Positions 37,015-49,780 of a stretch of 64,000 bases of DNA are shown here, in pieces. Within the stretch, counting starts at the first letter, position 1. Every line of letters starts with the position of its first letter. Under the pieces are notes generated by a model that worked only from the letters and a program-made list of their open reading frames with translations, was not told the origin of the DNA and did not search any database. The position numbers and the translations under genes are program-made. The stretch is from the NCBI RefSeq assembly GCF_006345805.1, contig NC_043002.1:22134001-22198000 (forward strand). The letters are read 5' to 3'. The DNA is from Octopus sinensis (Eukaryota).

Positions 37015-38069
37015 AGTGTAGAGGATTCGGAAAGAGCTGGATGATTCTAATGATAATTACGAAAGTACGGCAGCTCGGAAAACTCACTCTGACCGTTCTG
37101 ATAAGAAAAGTACTCCTGAATTTGTTGGTGATTTCCTGACCATGATTGACAATGATCCCCCCAAGTCAGTTAGTGCCATCACCAGGGACATGAAAGTGTC
37201 GTAGTTGTGTTTTTATCACGCAGGTTGTGCATGAAGATATTCGGTATTCCTCATACAAGGTGAGAAAGGGCCAATTTTTACCCCAACCCATCAAAGACAA
37301 GAGGAAAGACCGCGCCACGAAGCTTTTAAACGAAGTTAAGCACTCCCTCCAACCGAACAGGCTTTGGTTTATGTCAGACGAGGAAAAAATTCTGCCAGGA
37401 TCAGATGGTGAACACACAGAACAACCGTTGGCTTGCCGTCTGCGCAAAACATGTATCGAGAGTGATAAAAATCAAACATCCATGGTTTTTGGAGTGATCA
37501 CTAGTGATGGCGACGTTATGCCTCCATTCATCTTCTCACATGGCCTGAGGCTCAACACGGAGGCTTACATCAAGTGCCTGGAGGAGGTAGTGCTGTCCTG
37601 GGTGAAAAGAGTGGCTGCTGGAAGACCTTATGTCTGGCAACAGGACTCTGCACCATGCCACACAAGCAGGAGAACCCTGTCATGGCTGTTAGACAATTTC
37701 TGCGATCACATCACCGCTAACGTCAAGCTACCTAACTCCTCAGACTGCAACCCCGTTGATTATTATGTGTAAAGTGAAGTTGAATGAGAGACCAACAAAA
37801 CTCCTTGTAACATCAAAGATTAACAGAAGACAAGGATTATGGCAGTCTTCACCAACTTAGACAAGGAGACCATGCAGAAGAGTTGCAGGAGATTCCGAAG
37901 TTGTCTAGAGGCCGTGCTTGAAGCCAATGGCGATTTTATTGAATAAATTTTCTCTTAAGTATTTCAAGAAATTCTTATGTAAATTTGGTAAAGATATCTG
38001 CTAAAATGTGATGCCAATGTTATTTTCATTTTCGCGTAATTTAGACGACAATTTATTCACCGCACCCTG
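37015..38069 (+). mobile_element. Tc1/mariner DD37D (maT/mori) transposon, 5'-truncated, decayed
   Basis: Triad SDE...WQQDSAPCH...NPVD with exactly 37 residues between the second and third D. 3' terminus ..TTCACCGCACCCTG followed by TA. Confidence 0.9.
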
Positions 38070-38081
38070 TATGTATATATG

Positions 38082-38912
38082 AACGTTTTTTTATGTCCTG
38101 TACCCATATATGCATTTATATATACATATATATGTAGGTATGCACATATACGTATGTATATATGCATATATTTATATATTATTTATATTATTATATGATC
38201 GAACGCCACGCATCTTTTCCAAGTAAGTTTTATCTTACTTACGATGCGCACTTTTCTATCTTTACTATCTCTTCTCTGTCTATCTCTCCCCCCCTCTTGT
38301 TCTTCATCCTTTCCATTTTTCTCTCCCACGCTTCCTATTCTTCTCCTCTCCCCTTCACCGTTTCCTCTCTCTCTCTCACTCCTACTCCTCGACTCTCCCG
38401 TCGCTGACACGTGACGAGAGGGAATCTATCTTTCTGACGACTGCCTTCGCAAAGACTGAACGTGCTTATTCTGTCTCGTCATAAGCTCGTCTCCCTAAGC
38501 GTTCAGAATAATTTTTCCATCGTCTTGGCTTAACAACCCTCATCGTTTGCTTTTACTGTTTTGTTCTCATTGTTCTGTCTTTTACTGTTTTAACCTTTTT
38601 ATTGTTTTTTACTGTTTTGTTCTCACTGTCCTGTTCTTGTTACCACTTTCACCCTCCGCAAAAAATCCCAAATTTTATCTAATTTGCTTTGCGGGAAGGA
38701 CTGTTTCAATGAAGTTGCGTCTTGTCCTTGCCTTCGAACGTGGAGTAGTTGAAACAGGGACAACTGAAGAAGGGGAATATTCTTTATGTTGTATGTCTCG
38801 TTTCTCTGATTGATTTTATTTTTCGTTGTCCGAATATTCGTTTCTATGTTTTTGTTTTTATGTTTTCGTTTCTCATTGTGTTCAACATTTTTTTGATGTC
38901 CTGTACCCATAT
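38082..38912 (+). mobile_element. Non-coding Penelope-like repeat unit with terminal direct repeats and a hammerhead relic
   Basis: Begins and ends with TTTT.ATGTCCTGTACCCATATA. Shares ordered blocks (GAACGCCACGCATC, ACACGTGAC, AAATCCCAAATTTTAT) with the reverse complement of 51691-52360. Confidence 0.6.
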
Positions 38913-38925
38913 ACGTATATATAAA

Positions 38926-39521
38926 ATAAATGAATATTTTCAAAGAGGAAGAATTTACGGATTTTTTCTCTTACGAGGTTTTTCACGCTGACTACTGATA
39001 ATTTCTTTTAAAGATTTTATCCTCAATTGTTAATTTATATTTTTCACCGGAATAGTTCAATACTGAATTTTTATTCCGACTAGACAATGCATTGCGAATA
39101 AGCCCGCCATTTTCATAGATATGTAAAGATAAACATTCGTACATGCTACGACGAATTCTACGGTTGGCTATCGAGCTTGTAATGTTATGTTTTCTCTTAT
39201 ATTTCTTGAGTTTGTTGCACTGATGAACATGAAATGCATATTCTGCATTAAATGCGAAATCACATGTGATATGTAACTGAATTCTTTTTTTAAAATGATG
39301 TGTTTTGAAGTTTTGCATTCGGTAAAATTTTGTTTATTTTAAGTAGTTTTGACCGCATTGGTCCCTCTTAGCGTGTTGGTATCTACGAATAGTAGTACCC
39401 TCAATATAATATAAATGAATATTTTCAAAGAGGAAGAATTTACGGATTTTTTCTCTTAAGAGGTTTTTCACGCTGACTACTGATAATTTATTTTAAGATT
39501 CTATCCTCAATTGTTAATTTA
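38926..39521 (-). mobile_element. Penelope-like GIY-YIG 3' fragment bracketed by ~111-bp direct repeats
   Basis: Direct repeats at 38926-39037 and 39411-39521. The interior encodes ITCDFAFNAEYAFHVHQCNK..SLHIYENGG..IEDKIFK, a decayed FTC..ENLIY.I.C GIY-YIG. Confidence 0.55.
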
Positions 39522-39570
<49 letters not shown>

Positions 39571-39665
39571 ATATATTTTATATATGTATATATATATATA
39601 CATATATATGTAGGTATGTACTATATGTATGTATATATGCATATATTATATATATTATTTATATA

Positions 39666-39730
<65 letters not shown>

Positions 39731-42009
39731 AATAATATATAAATATATGCATATATACATACATATATGTACATACCTACATATATATGTATATGCATAT
39801 ATATATAGATACACACATATATATGTATATATATGTATACACATACACACACATACACACACACGCACACACATATATATATATATATATACATATATTT
39901 ACATATATACCTACATTCAGAAACTTGCATACATCTACATATAAATACACATTCATACACATATAGGTATATGTGTCTGTGAGTGTATATGTGCGTGAGT
40001 GTATGCGTGTGTGTGTGAATGTCTGTGTATGCTTGTGTATATGTGTGTATACTGACGTATCTCCGGTTTTCCATACGTCCCATATGTGTTTATACAACTC
40101 GCCGTTCTTTGCAATTGTGTTCCCCGTTTGTTTACGCCATGTGGTCCACCATACGTTTCATGTACACCACCATTTCTCCTCATTTCATCAGCAACATCTT
40201 TGAACGGAACTTCTTATGTATGTATGTCAGTATGGGTGTGTGTGTGTGTATGTGTACATAATGCATTATGATATAAATGTCTGCGTTTGTGTGTGAGTGT
40301 GTGTGTATATGTGCATATGTGTGCGTGTCCATGTATATGTTTGTGTTTGTGCATGTGCATATGTGTGCATGTAATGTACGTAAGCTTGTATGTCAGTGTT
40401 TGTCTGGAAGGATGTGGTGTGTGTGTGCACGTTTATTGTGTATATATGTATATCTTTGAGAGTGGGTTTGTGTGTGTATATATACATATGTGCACGAATG
40501 TGTGCGTTTATGTTAGTGGCTATGCATGTATGCATATCTGTAAATATGTATGGACGTATGCATAGGTATCTATGCATCTATGTATCTATGTATGTATGTA
40601 TGTATGTATATATGTATGTATGTATGTATCTATCTATCTATCTATCTACCCCCCTCTCTCTGTTGATATATATATATATATATGAATATATACATGCACA
40701 CACTCATCCGCACACACACAGACATATATGCATTCATACGTACATACAAAATCACACACATACAAATATAAGCACTTGACCATATACTGAGCGATGTATA
40801 AATTCTCTCGCATGTAAATATAGACACATACATTCACGCACACTAACATATATACAGACACGTATATGTATATAAGTATATATAAATACATACGAACACA
40901 CACGTTCGTACATACGTACACACATACTTTCATATATAATCTAATCGTTGCGTAAAAACATTTATACACTCACTAGATATACATACAGACGTATACATAC
41001 TCATACATAAAGCTGGATTAAGCTGGATTGTTAGAAATGTGCCCTTAAGATTTAATGTTAATATTTCATCGAATTTTAAGTATTTCTATGAAACCTTTTG
41101 CATATTCGACGGGTCAAATTGTTTTAGAACCACCAATTTGGCGGTGCTGTAGACTTGCAAATTGGTAGCCGTTTTCTAATAGAATTTCACGGAAACTGGA
41201 GTTATAATTATTGCTATGAATCCAAATATTTATTTGAAGGACAAATACATACAGCTCAAAGCAGTAATCTGTGTATCGTACTTAATGCAAATATATTAAA
41301 AGAAGTCAAACTAACTGCGCTATTCACTCGCAGAAAATATCTTTTGTGGACATATTGTGTTGAATAACACAAAAGTATAACAATAGCAGACAAAAATTAT
41401 CCTGCAGTAAAGACAGGGTATTATTTCCGGGATAACATTGCATATTATTTGGCGTTATGTATGATACCCAGATTGCTATTGTTATCTAATATAGCTTCTG
41501 TTGCACATCACGAATTAATATATAGAGGAATTTGCCCGAAGGGGAGATCGTATTCGAAACTAATACAAGGGTTCTATTTATTATTTTACCTGAAGTTTGA
41601 AATTTAACCGCTAACTGAAGTATTTAAGACATTTAGAAACGAATGGAATTTTGATGCTGGAAGACAACGGCAGAGGCAACTTAAAATATGCAATGGATTT
41701 CAAGCGTAATCTTTTTTTTATAGATCTTGATTTCAGTCTAGACAAAATCTGAAAGTGCAAAGCTTAAATGCTACAATTTCACGCGAATTTACTAATAAAT
41801 AACACTGTTACATAATTAGATAAGATGCGTAATATTGTCTTTCCTGATGCATAATCTTACAATATAAATTTACTTTTGAGGTAAAACATCGAAAATATGG
41901 CAATAGTAATTTCAAACTTTCTTATTTCTGCTAAAGATTTGCTCAACTGCTGAAGATTAAAGTAAAATCCATGAAATAAAGATTTTTTTATCTGTTCAAA
42001 AATATAGAT

Positions 42010-42248
42010 TTTGTGTGTGTGTAATAAGTTTGTGTGTCTGTGTTTGTCCCCCAACATCGCTTGACAACCGATGCTGGTGTATTTACGTCCCCGTAACTTA
42101 GCGGTTCGACAAAAGAGACCGATAGAATAAGTACTGGGCTTACAAAGAATAAGTCCTGGGGTCGATTTGCTCGACTAAAGGTGGTGCTCCAACATGGCCA
42201 CCGTCACATGACTGAAACAAGTAAAAGAGTACAAGAGTAAAAGAGTAT
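42010..42248 (+). mobile_element. SINE group B, 3' half
   Basis: Nearly identical to 18850-19060. Confidence 0.88.
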
Positions 42249-42768
42249 CTAAGGTGGTGCTGTTGATTGATGATGATGATGATGTGATAACTATGATGAT
42301 GATGATGTGATAACTATGATGTTGATGATGGTGATAATGTTGAAGGAGATGAAGTAGAGGAGATGTAGGGTGGGAAGATTATGATGTATTCCGAAATAAT
42401 TTTAATTGTTACATTTTAAATTTGATTTTGATTTTTCTTTTTCCGTTTCTTAGTTTTAAATCTGCAGCCACTAAGTTTCTGTTCATTTTTCATTTTTTTA
42501 TATGCACTCCCCCCCTCCACTTCACCTTTGACCCCTAAGCCGTGTATATGCACCCCGTCCTTCCACCAACCTTTTCCTCAGCCGTGCCAGTCACCACCAA
42601 ACAAAAACATACAACACCGGCAGTGGAAGACAAGAAAATTATAGATAATTGCGTTTGTTTACGTGATGCTCAGGTTTCACCTTTCACCGTTAGGGGGCGC
42701 CACCACCACAGTAGAAGAGGCTAACATTTAGAGCAGATGCAGCCATTGTTGCTGAATGTGTGTATGTT

Positions 42769-42799
<31 letters not shown>

Positions 42800-43198
42800 T
42801 ATATATATATACATATACACACACATATATATATGTACATGTACATATATATATATATTTATATATTATATATATATTATATATATATATTATATATATA
42901 TTATGTGTGTTGTGTGTGTGTGTGGTGTGTGTGTGTTGTGTGTGTATGTATGTATGGAGGTATGTATGTGTGCATGTATGTATGTATGTATGTATGCATG
43001 TACATGTATGTGTGTGTGTGCATGTATGTGTGTATATGTGCGAGTGTGTGATTATGTTTGTATGTGCCCTGTCTCTAAGGGTCTATAGATTGACACAGAT
43101 AGACCAGTATAAGAAGGCTAACATTTCAAACAGCACACATTTCTGAATGTGTGAGAGCATATGTCTGTGTGTGTACGTATGTGTGTGTGAGTGTGTGT

Positions 43199-43240
<42 letters not shown>

Positions 43241-43730
43241 GAGATGGAGAGAGGGAGAGAAAATGTGTTTTGTATGTACCCTTGATTTTAAAACTGAAAG
43301 TGGGTACATTGGGGCAAGTTTGAGTGGTGGTGACTGGTGTAGGTGATAAAATGAGATGGAAAGAAGAAGCTGGTGAGTTAGTAGTGGACATTAGGTATAA
43401 AATTAAAGGTAGAGCTGGAGAGATAGAGTAAAGGGGTAGAAGGAGGGAGGGGGACGGGCAGAGAGTCAGCGAGAAAACATAGAGATGCGGAATTGGACTG
43501 ATATGAAAGAGCTGATAGCCACAGCAACAAGAATTTGTGTGGGGAGGGATTGGAAAAGAGTACGAATGGTGGGAGACATTAATGAAACTAGAGTGAAAGC
43601 TGTAAGATAGAGACAGATAAATAAAGGCAGACAGATAGTTAGAGAGATAGACAGATCGATAGATAGATAGCTCTCTGTCTGTCTGTCTCTCTCTCTCTCT
43701 ATATATATATATTTATATTTATATTTATAT

Positions 43731-43837
43731 GCAGGTGTGGCAATGTGGTAAGAAGCTTGCTTCCCAACCACATAGTTCCGGGTTCAGTTCTACTGCGTGA
43801 ATGGATTTAGTAGACGGAAACTGAAAGAAGCCCGTCG

Positions 43838-43926
<89 letters not shown>

Positions 43927-44097
43927 TTGTGTGTCTGTATTTGCCCCCCCCAACCATCGCTTGAGAACGATGTTGGTGTGTTTACGTAACCTAGCGGCTT
44001 CGCAAGAGAGACCGATAAAATAAGTTCTGGGGTCGATTTGTTCGACTAAATGGCCGCAGTAGTGAAATGGCTGAAAGAAGTAAAAGAATTTAAAAGA

Positions 44098-44100
<3 letters not shown>
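43731..44100 (+). mobile_element. SINE group B with internal deletions and internal TA/TG array
   Basis: Head GCAGGTGTGGCAATGTGGTAAGAAGCTTGCTTCCCAACC; tail GGCTGAAAGAAGTAAAAG. Confidence 0.85.
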
Positions 44101-44144
<44 letters not shown>

Positions 44145-44221
44145 TTAAGGAAATGAATGTAGTGTAAGGTTAGTGTTAGATATATGAACAGACGAAGCTT
44201 AATACTGTAAAAAAAGAAAAA

Positions 44222-44935
44222 AGGCACCGAGATGGCAGAAGCGCTAGAACATGGACAAAACGGTTAGTAGCATTTCTTCCGACTCCGTACATTCTGAGTT
44301 CAAACGCCAGCGAGATCAACTTTGCCTTTCATCCCTTCGGGAACAAAAAGAGAGGTGACAGCTCTGAAAACTTAAAGTAGTAGCCAAGTAATATGATCGA
44401 TCTAATCAACTTGTTCCCTTTCCTCAGTAATTGCACACCTTGAGTCCTGCAACGTACCAAGGGATAATATTGTGATCTTGTTCGCTTATACGCCATGGAG
44501 ACCAGATAACAGACCAAATGAGTCCGAGAGCTCAAAAGCAGAAAGAACATTATGAAAATATCAGGGAATTGTAAACAAGCTCTATTAATGAAACTGGGGA
44601 GGTAAAATGTGAAACAAGCTGTAAAGTTTATAGAGAGACACAAAGGGAAGAAAGAGAAAAATTGTGAAGAGATAGTGACAGGGAGATACATATAAGAACT
44701 GTCTATCCCTATTATGGCCGAAACGTTAGCACGTCGGGCGAAATGCGTAGCCGTATTTCGTCTGCCGTTACGTTCTGAGTTCAAATTCCGCCGAGGTCGA
44801 CTTTGCCTTTCATCCTTTCGGGGTCGATTAAATAAGTACCAGTTACGCACTGGGTCGATATAATCGACTTAATCCGTTTGTCTGTCCTTGTTTGTCCCCT
44901 CTGTGTTTAGCCCCTTGTGGGTAGTAAAGAAATAT
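44222..44935 (+). mobile_element. Two SINE group A copies (44222-~44420 decayed; 44714-44935 tail type 2, well preserved)
   Basis: B-box GTTCAAA, core GCCTTTCATCC.TTCGG, and type-2 tail ending GTAGTAAAGAAAT. Confidence 0.82.
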
Positions 44936-45228
44936 ATATTAATAAAAGTTAGTTCTTACTATATCTTGATAGAGTATGGAATAAAGTTTCTTTGATTGGA
45001 TATTGGTACGAGGATTTCTACCTTGTAAAGTTAAGGCTGCTAATTTTGACGGCTAAAGTTGAGTGGCCACTTTGGTGTAGGTGTTAGAAGACCAACGAAG
45101 ATATTATAGACACATTTTACTATCGTTGCTCAACGTAGAGTAGACTTAGCAGACGACTAGTATTAGTGAGAGCCAGGCTACAACAAATGCTATATTTTAG
45201 AAACATCTGTAGCTTAAATGACGTAAAT

Positions 45229-45520
45229 CAGTGTTACTCAAAGCAGTGGTCCACGGATCGGTGCCGGTCCGCGAACCATCAGCTGCCGGTACGCGGCGAT
45301 TTTCCAGAAAAGAAAGAAACATTATATAATACTTATGCAATATTGTATTATTTGTTTACAAAATAAACAAAATAAATATACGATAAAAAAATTGTCAACT
45401 TTTATTATATTCATTATATTTATTGTTTCCGGTATAAATTAATATTACTAAGAAATATTCCCGGTTCCTGGGAAAAAAAATATTGCCGGTGCGCCACATC
45501 AGATAGTTTGAGAAGCATTG
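45229..45520. mobile_element. hAT/Charlie-like MITE (292 bp)
   Basis: TIRs CAGTGTTACTCAAA / TTTGAGAAGCATTG; subterminal GGTCCACGGATCGGTGCCGGTCCGCGAAC (MER5-like); degenerate 8-bp TSD ACGTAAAT / ACATAAAC with central TA. Confidence 0.8.
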
Positions 45521-45532
45521 ACATAAACTATA

Positions 45533-45655
45533 CTACCGCATTGATGTTATTGTCAAAGATACACAGCATGAAATTGAAGACCTGTCAATAATAATTGGAG
45601 ACAAAGAATTCTGGAACAGATCAGAAGACACTACCTTTGCAGCCGCTTGAAGACA
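45533..45655 (+). mobile_element. Possible RTE LINE C-terminal fragment
   Basis: DVIVKDTQHEIEDLSIIIGDKEFWNR resembles the RTE tail ..DTG..EDL..M.DR..WR. Short match. Confidence 0.35.
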
Positions 45656-45962
45656 TAGCATATATATGTATACATACGGATGTTTTATGCGCTCGTATTG
45701 TAGAAATGTGTGTATGCGTATAGTGTGTATATGCATATATTTGTATGTATGAATGTGATATATATGTGTGTGTGTATGTATGATGATGGCTACCAAATCG
45801 TGACTGAAGAAAATCATCACTGACCATATCCAGTGAAAATTGCCAGCACTGACGGGACGCGAGGTTATTGCACCAGCTATCGGGTTCGCATGTGTGGCTT
45901 CCAAGCTTGCTGCAACATCCTTCTCCTCGACAGAGCATCGGAATGTAGCTTCACCGGAAATT

Positions 45963-46393
45963 GGGTAAGAAGACAGACAAAATCCATGCTGTTTTCACTT
46001 CAGCTTAAAAGCTACTAAGACATCAGGAAAAAAGAGACTTGTTAGGGTTCCAGCTTGTCACTGACTTTTGGGGTCGGTTATGATTTATAGTCCTAGTTTA
46101 TTAAATCTTTGTATATCAAAATCTATGACAATAGAGCAGTGTCTGTTAGGAAAGGGTATGAGGGAGATGACAGAATCATAGTGGATATAGTCATAAAACT
46201 TGTCAAGATTATTTAGAAGTAATGTAAAGTAACTATAATGGCTATAAATCATAACCGAACCCAATAATCAAAGACAATCTCGAATCCTAACAAGTTTCTT
46301 TTTCTCCTGATGTCTTAGTAGCTTAGTAGCTGATGTCTTAGTAGCTTCTATGCTAAAGTGGAAACAGCATGGACTTTGTCTGTCTTCTTACCC
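45963..46393. mobile_element. 431-bp foldback MITE (GGG...CCC termini)
   Basis: 45963-46050 pairs with 46282-46393 (right arm has an internal CTACTAAGACATCAG duplication), and 46071-46092 pairs with 46240-46262. No TSD seen. Confidence 0.8.
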
Positions 46394-46652
46394 TCTTAGA
46401 AGATTAAAGTAAAATTATACAAACGTGTCCGACTGATTAAATTGAGGATAGATCTGCATTTAAATTGATGTAATGATTGCATTGTTCAATTAAATGGAGC
46501 CGCTTGAAACGGTCGTACTGTATCACCTCTGGATATCCTGTTGCTTATAGTTAATCTAAAAAAAATAAAAAGCGTGAAAAAACACAAGAAAAAAACAACA
46601 ACGTTGGTACACGCAAAGTATTAATAAGACGCTAAGGGAAGGAAATAAAGGG

Positions 46653-46688
46653 TGTTTTCGTTTCGAGCAAAGCTCTTCTTCAGAAACA
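46653..46688 (-). ncRNA. Relic minimal type-I hammerhead ribozyme in a short non-coding repeat (~46560-46760)
   Basis: Minus strand TGTTT-CTGAAGA-A-GAGC TTT GCTC-GAAA-CG-A-AAACA: intact core boxes, 4-bp stem II and 5-bp stem I. Lacks only the U that would give ACGT/UA. Confidence 0.65.
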
Positions 46689-46993
46689 AGAGACAGAGGA
46701 AACTCCAAGAGAAAAGGAAGACGGAGAATAAAATCACCAACAATCCACATGTAGTTATACACACACACACACACACATGTATGTATGAATGTATATATAT
46801 ATATATGTATGTATATATATATGTATATATGTGTACATGTATATATGCATGTCCGTATGTATACGTTTATATAAAGATCTTACTGAGAATAAGAAAAGAA
46901 ATAAAGAATAAGAATAAGAAGCAGCAACCGAATAAACTTTACAACATGCTTTGGGTACTTTGACTTTTCTTGGCATATACAATGGACATACAC

Positions 46994-47121
46994 GGATACA
47001 TATACACACTCACAAACATTTACATGGATACATATACACACTCACAAACATTTACATGGATACATATACACACTCACAAACATTTACATGGATACATATA
47101 CACACTCACAAACATTTACAT
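46994..47121. repeat. 32-bp minisatellite, four perfect copies
   Basis: GGATACATATACACACTCACAAACATTTACAT x4. Confidence 0.95.
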
Positions 47122-47932
47122 ACGCATGCATTCATAATGAGCCGAGTAATTAACCAAAATTCTACCCTCAGTGAAAACGTTATTGCAATGCTGAAAATTA
47201 ACCAAGACAAATAGAAAGACAGTTCAGAAAACTTCATGAACGAAACATTGACTGAAGGCTTAATATTAATTATCTGAGCTTTAGCCAGCGTAGCGACAAC
47301 TTCAGGCATGTTTCGGCCTCATTAGCTATCCTTGGAGAAGTTTTGTTAAGTAGGTTGGTGATAAGAGAAACCTCGATATTGAAGTACACGAGTAGGCGTG
47401 ACACCATTACACAATGACCGAGGGAAAATATCTAGAGACGTCATTTGCATAGAAAACAAATAGTTAAGTCAATGATAACATATTTAACGTAGTGATCCGA
47501 AAAAGAAATACAAATCTATCAAAATTTTCCTTGTCACTGGGAGGGTGGGGGTGGGGGGAAATATATTTGCTAGTTTATCAGTATCAATTCTTTTTTCTTC
47601 CCTTTCATATATCTGTCTCTCTCCCTCTCTTTTTCATATCCTCCCCCTCCCTCTTTCTCAGTGACAGTTCCCTTTCCCTCTACCTCACTTCTTTTTTTGC
47701 CAAGCAGGAACAAACATGACCTTATTAGACGGTGCTAATGTCTCGCAGTTCCTGACAAGATAATAGTCCAGCACTCTTTTCTCCTCACTCTTCTTTCTTT
47801 CTTTCCTTCTTTCCTTCTTTCTTTCTTTCTTTCTTTCTCTCTTTCTTTCTTTCTCCCTTTCCTTCCTCTGTCTTTTTCTAAACCATCAGCTTTCTCTCTT
47901 TCTCTCTTACATACACTTAGAGAGAAACGCAG

Positions 47933-47971
<39 letters not shown>

Positions 47972-48329
47972 CCACACACACACACACACACTCGCATACA
48001 CAAAGACAGATATATCTTCAGTTGCAAACGCGAAACACACATACATTCACACATATAAGCACAGCTCAGTTACATTCATACGCACACGCCCGTACATATA
48101 CGCATAAAGATACAAACAACCACACAAAACACAATCGTTTGATACACAATCTTTCTCCTTCCTTTCTCTCTCTCTGTCTCTGTCTCTCCCTTTTACCCAC
48201 ACACATATGCACACACAACACATACACATTTCGTCGTTCACACGAAACCGTGTGTCGACTTAGAACTTTCTCGTACTTTTTGACGTGATGAAGGACGAGA
48301 GAGAATGCTGCGTGACCCACTCATCCATC

Positions 48330-48561
48330 ACACATACTTACATACATACATACATACACACACACACATACATACATACATACATACATACATACACACA
48401 TACACACATACATACATACATAATACATACATACATACACACACACATACAGACATATATACATACATACATACATACATACACACATACATACATACAG
48501 CATATATATATAGATATATTTTTGTAAACATATATATAAATGTTTATATATAAATACGTAG

Positions 48562-48602
<41 letters not shown>

Positions 48603-48705
48603 ACTCATGTATTTAATAATAATCTAATCCACCAAGCCAACCCATCCCTTTCACCTCCATCAAACCATAACTCCGTCTCTCTCTCTCTCCCTCTCTCCCT
48701 CTCTA

Positions 48706-48804
<99 letters not shown>

Positions 48805-49083
48805 TTTTCTCTCCATCACACTCTCTATTTCTCTCTCTGCTTCTCATTCTATCTTCTTTCTCGGACTCTTTCTTTCGCTTCGTTCTCTTTTATCCCCACT
48901 CTCATTCTATAAGTTCTTCTTTCTTCGCTATTAATATCTTTCTTGATTTTTTTTATACCTCACTCCTATCCGATCCAAGATTCTCTTTCTTTTCATTTTT
49001 CTCTTCTCGAATCCGTATACACACGAACACAACAACTGAACATACACACGCTCGCTCACATGCACAAACACACACAAATATCT

Positions 49084-49133
<50 letters not shown>

Positions 49134-49324
49134 ATCTGTATACACACAAGGACACACACGCACAAAAACGAAAGAAGAAAGGCAATGGTTGATGGTCATG
49201 ACTATGATGATGATGATGATGAAGATGAGGAGGAGGAGGAGGACGATGAATACGACGACGAGGACGATGACGACGATGATGATGATGATGATGAAGATGA
49301 CGATGATGATGATTATGATGATGG

Positions 49325-49357
<33 letters not shown>

Positions 49358-49397
49358 CGGATATGACGACGATGTCGATGACGATGATAATGATCAC

Positions 49398-49428
<31 letters not shown>

Positions 49429-49780
49429 GTGAGGAGGAGGGGAGGAGGAGGTTGAGGAGGAGAAAGAGGTAGAATAAGAGCAATGGGGTGAGAGGGAAAC
49501 AAAGTGATGACAATGATGAAGGGCTTTATTTACTGCCAAGAGGGAAAAAAAAGAACAAGAACAGCAACAATAACAACACCAACAATAAACAACAAAAGAA
49601 ACGACGACGGTGATGATGACAACGACACCAACGATGACGATGACGACGATGACGAGAAGAACAACTACAACCAATGCAACATGAACAATCTGAGAACTTC
49701 GACAAATAAACTCTACTAATTGTAGTGTTGTCGGTAAATTGAAATAAATAAATAAATAAATAAATAAATAGATAAATAAA
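48330..49780. repeat. Cluster of (CATA)n, (CA)n, (TCTA)n, (TC)n, (GAT/GAC/GAG)n and (AAAT)n microsatellites
   Basis: Direct reading. Confidence 0.9.

Noticed and set aside
41590-41656. Minus-strand 67-nt segment with a good acceptor and donor
   Set aside because: Stops in all three frames; it could only be a non-coding exon, and there is no evidence for that.
44329-44850. 173-aa minus-strand ORF
   Set aside because: It starts and ends within antisense SINE sequence; the middle has no recognisable domain.
47305-47335. Minus-strand CTAATGA-GGCC-GAAA-CATG hammerhead-like string
   Set aside because: Core mismatch, loopless stem II, no stem I and no associated element. Worth rechecking only if a family consensus is found.
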